Assembly (NCBI GenBank): GCA_019358935.1
Contig: JAHHIK010000162.1
Location: 1-13,113 of the forward strand
Origin: Tolypothrix carrinoi HA7290-LM1
Lineage (GTDB): Bacteria > Cyanobacteriota > Cyanobacteriia > Cyanobacteriales > Nostocaceae
DNA: 13,113 nt
Direction of reading: 5' to 3'
A program made the position numbers and the translations under genes. A model generated the notes under the pieces. It was given only the letters and a program-made list of their open reading frames with translations. It was not told the origin of the DNA and searched no databases. This document shows, piece by piece, positions 7,019 through 13,113 of this stretch. Every line of letters begins with the position of its first letter. Position 1 is the first letter of the stretch.

Positions 7019-10000
7019 ATGTCTGGAGTGAGTACTTGTTGGCGCTGGTTCTTGGGTATTGCAATAAGTAGCGTGAATGCTTTGAGTGCAAGTTACGCTA
7101 ATGCCCAAATTATCCCTGATGCCACTCTACCCATTAATTCCAACGTGAGATTACAAGGTGGAGTCTTCAACATTACTGGAGGAACTCAAGCCGGAAGTAA
7201 CTTATTTCACAGTTTTCAACAGTTTTCTGTACCCACTGGCAACGCTGCTTTCTTCAACAACGCTGTAAATATTCAAAATATCATTAGTCGGGTAACAGGT
7301 GGGTCAGTTTCTAACATTGATGGGTTACTCCGCGCTAATGGCATAGCTAACTTGTTTCTAATTAATCCTAACGGGGTGATTTTTGGACCGAATGCCTCAT
7401 TGAACGTTGGCGGTTCTTTGGCGGTGTCTACGGCAAATGCAATCCAATTTGGTGAGCAAGGCTTTTTTAGCGCCACACCTGCAAATTCTCCTCCCTTACT
7501 TACAGTTAATCCTTCAGCTTTTTTCTTTAATCAAATTACCCCCGGTAACATAGTTGTTCAAGGGCAAACAGGAGGAGTGTCACAAGTTGCTGCTGGTCGT
7601 AGTCTGGTGTTATTGGGTGGTGATATACTTGTTAATGGTGGAACCTTAAATGCCCAAGGTGGACGAGTTGAATTGGGAGGGTTAGCCAAAGTAGGAACAG
7701 TTCAAATCAATTTCGACAACAACAATTTGAGCTTGGCTTTTCCGCCTCAAGTAGAGCGAGCAAATATACAACTTAGCAATGGCGCTAGAGTTAATGTGAG
7801 TGCTGGAGATGGTGGAAGTATTGCCATCAATGCTAGAAACTTATTACTTTCACAAGGAAGTGTTTTTTTTGCTGGGGTAGGGAATAATTTAGGAACTGTT
7901 GACACTCAAGCCGGAGATATCACAATTAATACTACAGGAGCGATCGCCTTAACTGATAACAGCGCGATCGCCAGCATCGTAGAATCAAATGCCATTGGTA
8001 ATAGTGCCAACATTAACATTAAAACTGGTAGTCTCAGCCTAGATAATGGCTCTAGTTTGTTTGCTAACACCAATGGACGGGGAAATGCTGCAAATATTTT
8101 TATTGCAGCTAAGGATTCAGTAGCTCTGACAAATAATAGTCAGATTTTGAACGGGGTGGGACTCGGTGGTATAGGAAACGGTGGTGATATTAACATTCAA
8201 GCCGACTCACTTGCTGTTACAAACGGTTCTCAAATAAGTACTAGTGTTGGAGGACAAAGAAATGCTGGAGACATCAATGGAAATATCACAATTAATACTA
8301 CAGGAGCGATCGCTTTAACTGATAATAGCGCGATCGGCAGCATCGTAGAACCAGATGCCATTGGTAATAGTGGCAGCATTAACATTAAAACTGGTAGTCT
8401 CAGCCTAGATAATGGCTCTGGTTTGTTTGCTAACACCAATGGACGGGGAAATGCTGCAAATATTTCTATTCAAGCTGTTGATTCAGTAAATCTGGCAAAT
8501 AACAGTTTCATTTTCAACGGGGTGGGACCCCGTGGTAGAGGAAACGGTGGTGATATTAACATTCAAGCCGGCTTACTTGCTGTTACAAACGGTTCTCAAA
8601 TAAGTACTAGTGTTAGAGGACAAGGAAATGCTGGAAACATCAATATTGACGTGCGCGATCAAGTCTTGTTGGCTGGAGTAGGTAGCGATCAATTCCGAAC
8701 TGGTGTTTTCAGTGATGTTGAATCTACGGCTGTGGCAAATGGAGGAAATATCACTTTTAGAAGCGGACGATTACAGATTAGAGATGGAGCGCAGGTATCT
8801 ACAGCTACTTATGGACGGGGAGATGCAGGCAATTTAAGCGTTGAGACATTTGGTAATGTTGAGTTAATTGGTACTTCACCTGATGGACGGTTTGCTAGTG
8901 GTTTCTTCACTTCTGTCTTCCCTGGAGGACTGGGAAATGGGGGAGATTTAAGGTTTATCAGCAACGGGCGATTGCTAATTCGAGATGGAGCGCAAGTATC
9001 AACAGCTACTTTTGGTCAAGGAAATGCAGGTAATTTAAATTTTCTTGCCAGAGATGCTGTAGAGTTAACTGGCACTTCGGCTAATGGTCAATTTGCCAGT
9101 GGTGTAACCTCTGCTGTAAGGTCTGGAGCCGTGGGACTTGGTGGAGATTTAAACTTTACAACATTTCGATTGCTAATTCGAGATGGAGCGCAGGTATCTA
9201 CAGCTACTTTTGGACGGGGAAATGCAGGCAATTTAAGGGTTAGAGCAGATTCTGTAGAATTAGTTGGCACTTCAGCAGATGGTAAATTTGTCAGTGGCTT
9301 TACCTCTGCGGTTGAATCTGGAGGAGTTGGTAATGGCGGATCGCTTAAAATCGACGTTGGATCGCTTTCTGTAAGCAATGGGGCACAAATAAGTGCTGCT
9401 GTTCAGGGAGCATCAGGTTCTCTCCCAGGTGGACAAGGTGAGGGGGGGCAAATTATAATCAATGCTTCAGATTCGGTCAATCTTGCGGGAGTTGGTGGAA
9501 ATGGCTTTTCTAGCGGTTTATATACTAACACTGGTATAGGTGCAAGCGGTTCAGCAGGAGAAATTTTTGTTAATACTGGCGCGTTTCGCATTGCGGATGG
9601 GGCGATTGTGACTGCTCAAACACTCAACTCTAGCAATGCAGGAGACGTTGCAATTACAGCAAATAGCTTTGAAGCTATCAATGGCGGTCAAGTCCTCACC
9701 ACGACCCGCAGCGGTGGAAATGCTGGTGATATTCTGCTTAATGTCCGTGATAATATCACTTTCTCTGGTTCCGACTCTACCTTTGCTGCAAGATTAGCTC
9801 AATTTGGTGGAGATGTTGTTAATGAAAGTCCTGCTAGTGGATTGTTTGCCAGCACAGATGCAAACTCTACAGGAAACGGCGGTAATATCACTATTGACCC
9901 GATTCAGCTTCATATTGCCAATGGAGCGATCGTCTCAGCGAGTAGTCTGGGAACAGGAGATGCAGGTAGTATACGAGCCGAAGCTAATTCTATTATCTTG

Positions 10001-10693
10001 GATCAAGGACAAATTACAGCTCAATCGACAATCGGTAGAGGCGGAAATATTGCATTACGGGGAGACTTAGTGTTGTTAAGCGGTAATAGTTTGTTATCTA
10101 CCGTCTCTGGCACTCCCCAAGCAGCAGGAGATGCAGGCAACATTAGCATTGACACTGACTTTTTAATTGCCTTGGAAAATAGTAATATTATTGCCGATGC
10201 TTTTGCAGGTCCTGGTGCCAACATTACAGTCAATGCTCAAGGAATATTATTTTCCCAAGACAGCAGTATTGTTTCTAACGGAAGACGAATCGAAGTACCT
10301 CGTATTGTAGAGCTTTTAACTGACCTGCCAATGGGAGAAATAATTGATACCTCAATGCAGATTACTTCTAGCTGTGCTGCTTTTGGCAAAGGAGGCAGCG
10401 AATTCACTGTCACCGGACGCGGTGGTTTACCTCCTAGCCCTGACGAGCCTCTCAGTGGTGATGTAGTATGGTCAGATACTCGCCTTCCGGCTACAGCATC
10501 ACAGCAACAACCTAAGAAACCCGCAGCTAAACCACGTTCTAAAGTAGAGACGTTCCGGCAAAACGTCTCTACTGTGGCAATTGTGCCTGCTACTGGTTGG
10601 GTGTTTAATGGTAAAGGGGAAGTAACTCTTATCTCTGATGCGGCTAATGCTGATAATTCGAGTTATACTCCTGCTACTTGTCTTGGACACTGA
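7019..10693 (+). CDS. Filamentous haemagglutinin N-terminal-domain protein (TpsA-like beta-helical exoprotein)
   Basis: Likely start is ATG 7019 (1224 aa), with a signal peptide ending ANA-Q. Motifs NLFHSFQQFS, NIISRVTGG, INPNGVIFG and NPSAFFF, many GNAG/GNGG repeats, and the cyanobacterial-type C-terminus FTVTGRGGLP...PATGW. The ORF-track extension to 6716 only translates the upstream repeats. Confidence 0.92.
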   Translation: MSGVSTCWRWFLGIAISSVNALSASYANAQIIPDATLPINSNVRLQGGVFNITGGTQAGSNLFHSFQQFSVPTGNAAFFNNAVNIQNIISRVTGGSVSNIDGLLRANGIANLFLINPNGVIFGPNASLNVGGSLAVSTANAIQFGEQGFFSATPANSPPLLTVNPSAFFFNQITPGNIVVQGQTGGVSQVAAGRSLVLLGGDILVNGGTLNAQGGRVELGGLAKVGTVQINFDNNNLSLAFPPQVERANIQLSNGARVNVSAGDGGSIAINARNLLLSQGSVFFAGVGNNLGTVDTQAGDITINTTGAIALTDNSAIASIVESNAIGNSANINIKTGSLSLDNGSSLFANTNGRGNAANIFIAAKDSVALTNNSQILNGVGLGGIGNGGDINIQADSLAVTNGSQISTSVGGQRNAGDINGNITINTTGAIALTDNSAIGSIVEPDAIGNSGSINIKTGSLSLDNGSGLFANTNGRGNAANISIQAVDSVNLANNSFIFNGVGPRGRGNGGDINIQAGLLAVTNGSQISTSVRGQGNAGNINIDVRDQVLLAGVGSDQFRTGVFSDVESTAVANGGNITFRSGRLQIRDGAQVSTATYGRGDAGNLSVETFGNVELIGTSPDGRFASGFFTSVFPGGLGNGGDLRFISNGRLLIRDGAQVSTATFGQGNAGNLNFLARDAVELTGTSANGQFASGVTSAVRSGAVGLGGDLNFTTFRLLIRDGAQVSTATFGRGNAGNLRVRADSVELVGTSADGKFVSGFTSAVESGGVGNGGSLKIDVGSLSVSNGAQISAAVQGASGSLPGGQGEGGQIIINASDSVNLAGVGGNGFSSGLYTNTGIGASGSAGEIFVNTGAFRIADGAIVTAQTLNSSNAGDVAITANSFEAINGGQVLTTTRSGGNAGDILLNVRDNITFSGSDSTFAARLAQFGGDVVNESPASGLFASTDANSTGNGGNITIDPIQLHIANGAIVSASSLGTGDAGSIRAEANSIILDQGQITAQSTIGRGGNIALRGDLVLLSGNSLLSTVSGTPQAAGDAGNISIDTDFLIALENSNIIADAFAGPGANITVNAQGILFSQDSSIVSNGRRIEVPRIVELLTDLPMGEIIDTSMQITSSCAAFGKGGSEFTVTGRGGLPPSPDEPLSGDVVWSDTRLPATASQQQPKKPAAKPRSKVETFRQNVSTVAIVPATGWVFNGKGEVTLISDAANADNSSYTPATCLGH
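7917..8644 (+). repeat. Intragenic tandem duplication, period 366 bp (122 aa)
   Basis: 7917-8278 and 8283-8644 share long near-identical stretches, e.g. ATATCACAATTAATACTACAGGAGCGATCGC and AAAACTGGTAGTCTCAGCCTAGATAATGGCTCT. Confidence 0.9.
8781..9330 (+). repeat. Three diverged intragenic repeats of ~200 bp
   Basis: GAGATGGAGCGCARGTATCWACAGCTACTT recurs at 8781, 8982 and 9180 (protein IRDGAQVSTAT). The right limit is approximate. Confidence 0.8.
10543..10573. repeat. GTAG-type REP-like hairpin inside the haemagglutinin CDS
   Basis: AGTAGAGACGTT-CCGGCAA-AACGTCTCTACT has a 12-bp perfect stem. 10544-10573 translates in frame as VETFRQNVST. Confidence 0.8.
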
Positions 10694-10724
10694 AACTATT
10701 AGGCTTTGAGACGAGTATAAAGTC

Positions 10725-10781
10725 GTAGTCGGCGCAAAGAGCGCTGTTAGCGGAGCTTTCCCGTAGGGTAGCGCTAACTAC
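10725..10781. repeat. Degenerate GTAG-type hairpin with a nested ~30-bp insert
   Basis: Arms GTAGTCGGCGC ... GCGCTAACTAC. AGCGCT occurs at 10740-10745 and 10770-10775, flanking GTTAGCGGAGCTTTCCCGTAGGGT. Confidence 0.45.
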
Positions 10782-10812
10782 ATATTATCGCGAATGAGTC
10801 TTTGAACCTCTT

Positions 10813-10963
10813 TAGGACTTACGCAAGCGTCACAATATAAGGTCAATTGGCACATATATTTCAATTTGCCGTAAATGCTTGTAAGCATTGATTTATAAAC
10901 CTTAGAGCCATATTAATTCTATGTGACAGTTTTCAGATAAATGTGCCAGTTGCGTAAGTCCTG
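10813..10963 (+). mobile_element. 151-bp MITE, copy 1
   Basis: Terminal inverted repeats (T)AGGACTTACGCAA / TTGCGTAAGTCCT(G). 5-bp target duplication CTCTT at 10808-10812 and 10964-10968. No transposase ORF. Confidence 0.92.
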
Positions 10964-11249
10964 CTCTTTAATGAGTCTTTAAACCTCTTTAATGAGTATC
11001 TGAACCTCATTAATGAGTCTTTGAACCTCATTAATGAGTCTTTGAACCTCTTTAATGAGTCTTTGAACCTCATTAATGAGTCTTTGAACCTCTTTAATGA
11101 GTCTTTGAACCTCATTAATGAGTCTTTGAACCTCATTAATGAGTCTTTGAACCTCATTAATGAGCCTTTGAACCTCATTAATGAGTCTTTGAACCTCATT
11201 AATGAGTCTTTGAACCTCATTAATGAGCCTTTGAACCTCATTAATGAGT

Positions 11250-11400
11250 TAGGACTTACGCAAGCGTCACAATATAAGGTCAATTGGCACATATATTTCA
11301 ATTTGCCGTAAATGCTTGTAAGCATTGATTTATAAACCTTAGAGCCATATTAATTCTATGTGACAGTTTTCAGATAAATGTGCCAGTTGCGTAAGTCCTG
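11250..11400 (+). mobile_element. 151-bp MITE, copy 2 (identical to copy 1, same orientation)
   Basis: Same sequence as 10813-10963 by manual comparison. 5-bp target duplication TGAGT at 11245-11249 and 11401-11405. Confidence 0.92.
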
Positions 11401-11686
11401 TGAGTCTTTGAACCTCATTAAAGAGTTTATCCTGGATACACTCGTCCAATCCTTGCACCGCCTCTTTTTGCCAATGACGCGATCGCACTCGTCTAAAGTC
11501 ATGAGAGTATAGAGAAAAGCGATCGCTTTTCAAATTCCCTTCAAAACGTTCTATAATTGACGAAAAAATAGCCGATTTAATTAAAGCCGCATCTGAATCC
11601 CATCAAGCAAAATCCCTTAAATGCATAAGTGAATTCTGAGGATGCCTATTATATATTACAGTTGATCAAAAATATGAGATAAGAAA

Positions 11687-12931
11687 ATGCGACGAATTGC
11701 AATTATAGGAGCAGGTCAAGCAGGTCTTTATTTAGCTATTGGTCTACTTGATGCGGGTTATGCAGTAACTTTATTTAGCGATCGCACACCAGAAGCGATC
11801 CTCAATGGTAAACCGATGGGATTACCAATATTATTTTCCAATTCTCTGGAACTAGAACGTAATTTAAAACTGAATTTCTGGGATGATAAATTTCCTAGCA
11901 GTGATAAATTCCGTAGCCAAGTCTTGGATCCTCAAGGAAACCCAGCTTTAGTTATCTCCTCTCCTATAGAAAAACCTTGGCAAAGTGTAGATCAGCGTCT
12001 TAAATTTTCTACTTGGATGCAAGAGTTTGTCAACAGAGGTGGTGAACTTATAATTCAAGCGATGACACCAAACGACTTAGACAACTGTGTAAAAAACTAC
12101 GATTTAATTGTGGTTTCTACTGGTCGAGGAAGTCTCTCAACTTTGTTTGAACCAGACGCGCAAAAATCGAAACACGATCAGCCGCAGCGTTACTTAGCAT
12201 CAGTAATTGTCACAAATTTAAATGTAGATACAGCCGATTCACATACCGTTAAGATGACTGTTCTACCTGGCGTTGGTGAAATACTTCAGTATCCATTTTA
12301 TGCTAAAGATAAAATTCAGGCTTACGTAGTTGCCTTTGAAGCTTGCCTTGGGGAAGTGATGGATCAATTTTCCCAACTAAAAAGCGGTGAAGAACAGGTG
12401 GAAATGAGCAAAAAGGTAATGCAGCAGTTGAAACCCGACAATTACGAAGTTGTGAAAGATATGCAACTAGTAGATGACCAAGCATGGTTAAATGGTACAA
12501 TTACACCGATAGTGCGTCAACCAATTGGTCGCTTGCCATCAGGTGCAACTGTTATGGGTATTGGCGATGCTGTCATCCTACACGATCCGATTGGTGGACA
12601 GGGAGCGAATAACGCTACAAAGATCGCTCATCTAGTTAAGCAACGAATTATTGAGCATAGCAACCAACGCTTCAATGAGTCATGGATGCAAAAAGTATTT
12701 GATGAATTTTGGAATTATGCTCAGTATACTCATGCTTTTACTGATTGCTTGTTAACACCTCCAGAACACCTGCAAGATATTATGGTTGCAATGAGTGAAA
12801 ATCCAGAAGTTGCCAGAGATTACTTAAATGGTATTAATCATCCACCGAGCTTATCCCCGTGGTTTTTTGATTCCCAAAGCGCCAAGGAATATTTAGCACA
12901 AAAGAACAGTTGCGTCAAAGTTAGTGCATAG
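11687..12931 (+). CDS. Styrene/indole monooxygenase (StyA-like) FAD-dependent oxygenase subunit
   Basis: 414 aa with an N-terminal Rossmann motif IAIIGAGQAGL, QSVDQRLK and GDAVILHDPIGGQGANNA, typical of two-component flavoprotein monooxygenases. Substrate unknown. Confidence 0.85.
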   Translation: MRRIAIIGAGQAGLYLAIGLLDAGYAVTLFSDRTPEAILNGKPMGLPILFSNSLELERNLKLNFWDDKFPSSDKFRSQVLDPQGNPALVISSPIEKPWQSVDQRLKFSTWMQEFVNRGGELIIQAMTPNDLDNCVKNYDLIVVSTGRGSLSTLFEPDAQKSKHDQPQRYLASVIVTNLNVDTADSHTVKMTVLPGVGEILQYPFYAKDKIQAYVVAFEACLGEVMDQFSQLKSGEEQVEMSKKVMQQLKPDNYEVVKDMQLVDDQAWLNGTITPIVRQPIGRLPSGATVMGIGDAVILHDPIGGQGANNATKIAHLVKQRIIEHSNQRFNESWMQKVFDEFWNYAQYTHAFTDCLLTPPEHLQDIMVAMSENPEVARDYLNGINHPPSLSPWFFDSQSAKEYLAQKNSCVKVSA

Positions 12932-12990
12932 TGGGTCTGCTGGTAAGTTTCCGATCAATGCTTGTCCGCCATAATGTAAATTTCAGTGGT

Positions 12991-13113
12991 TTGACATCCT
13001 CCCCGGTCTGAAGACACGGGGATTCCAAGAATCACTTCTTGGGTTTCCTCTTTCCGCGACTCGGCTTATTTAAAGGAGTTTCCCCACCCAAACAGAGGTC
13101 GATGTCTCCAGAG
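12991..13113 (-). mobile_element. Right end of an IS200/IS605-family element (continues beyond the window)
   Basis: The minus strand reads ...GGAATCCCCGTGTCTTCAGACCGGGGAGGATGTCAA: a subterminal hairpin (13001-13021) followed by a TCAA terminus at 12994-12991, just after a TnpB-like C-terminus. Confidence 0.8.
13032..13113 (-). CDS. tnpB: C-terminal fragment of a TnpB-family RNA-guided endonuclease (partial)
   Basis: Translates as SGDIDLCLGGETPLNKPSRGKRKPKK*, resembling cyanobacterial TnpB tails, and abuts the IS right end. Catalytic motifs lie outside the window. Confidence 0.65.
   Translation of the reverse strand, partial: SGDIDLCLGGETPLNKPSRGKRKPKK

Larger units (their letters stand above)
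10793..11419. repeat. 21-bp tandem repeat array, 15 units, consensus AATGAGTCTTTGAACCTC(A/T)TT
   Basis: 13 uninterrupted units at 10970-11242, plus a first unit (from 10793) and a last unit (from 11243) each split by a MITE. Each unit has inverted arms AATGAG/CTCATT. There are no spacers. Confidence 0.95.
1128..11786. other. Dispersed HIP1 octamers (GCGATCGC)
   Basis: Sites at 1128, 3338, 4277, 4983, 5460, 5913, 6102, 7940, 7964, 8306, 11479, 11519 and 11778. HIP1 abundance is an established cyanobacterial signature. Confidence 0.9.
12971..13113 (-). ncRNA. Putative TnpB omega/reRNA 3' portion with flank-derived guide
   Basis: TnpB guide RNAs are known to derive from the IS right end plus the adjacent flank. 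Stems are visible at 13025-13042 (CCAAGAA/TTCTTGG) and 13001-13021. The predicted guide is ~12990-12971. Expression is not shown. Confidence 0.5.

Noticed and set aside
7273..10690. Short antisense and alternate-frame ORFs within the haemagglutinin gene (also 389..649, 448..633, 650..832, 1025..1258, 1395..1592, 1604..1834, 12303..12500)
   Set aside because: Shadows of real CDSs or short intergenic ORFs with no motifs or RBS support.
10933..11325. ORFs 10933..11325 (-, MRFKDSL repeats) and 11021..11311 (+, NESLNLI repeats)
   Set aside because: They are open only because the 21-bp unit lacks stops, and they start or end inside MITEs or the array.
10813..11400. The two MITE copies as one tandem segmental duplication
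   Set aside because: Their target duplications and positions within the repeat unit differ, which indicates independent insertions.
10793..11419. CRISPR array
   Set aside because: The units are contiguous with no unique spacers, there are no cas genes in the window, and the interrupting sequences are identical MITEs.

Overview
Accessory-looking region of a filamentous cyanobacterium, probably Nostocales. The assignment rests on at least 12 HIP1 GCGATCGC sites, STRR-like 7/9-mer repeats, GTAG-type hairpins and a cyanobacterial-type haemagglutinin gene. The left third (1-4115) is mostly decayed genes: a frameshifted tyrosine-recombinase fragment, a truncated GlcNAc-transferase joined tail-to-tail to a frameshifted and truncated dienelactone hydrolase, a multiply frameshifted Ser/Thr kinase and a Ycf66-like ORF with an internal stop. 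An intact J-domain gene lies among them. Next come an alpha/beta hydrolase and a divergent pair of hypothetical genes (CxxC/CxxC small protein; coiled-coil plus putative winged-helix protein) bracketed by ~240-bp composite inverted repeats. A ~1224-aa filamentous haemagglutinin/TpsA-like gene follows, with an in-frame REP-like hairpin. After it is a 15-unit 21-bp hairpin tandem array whose first and last units each carry an identical 151-bp MITE with different 5-bp target duplications. The window ends with a StyA-like monooxygenase and the right end of an IS200/IS605 (tnpB) element. The best candidates for something undescribed are the inverted-repeat-bounded two-gene cassette and the MITE-bracketed array. 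All family assignments come from motif recognition by eye; no searches were run.
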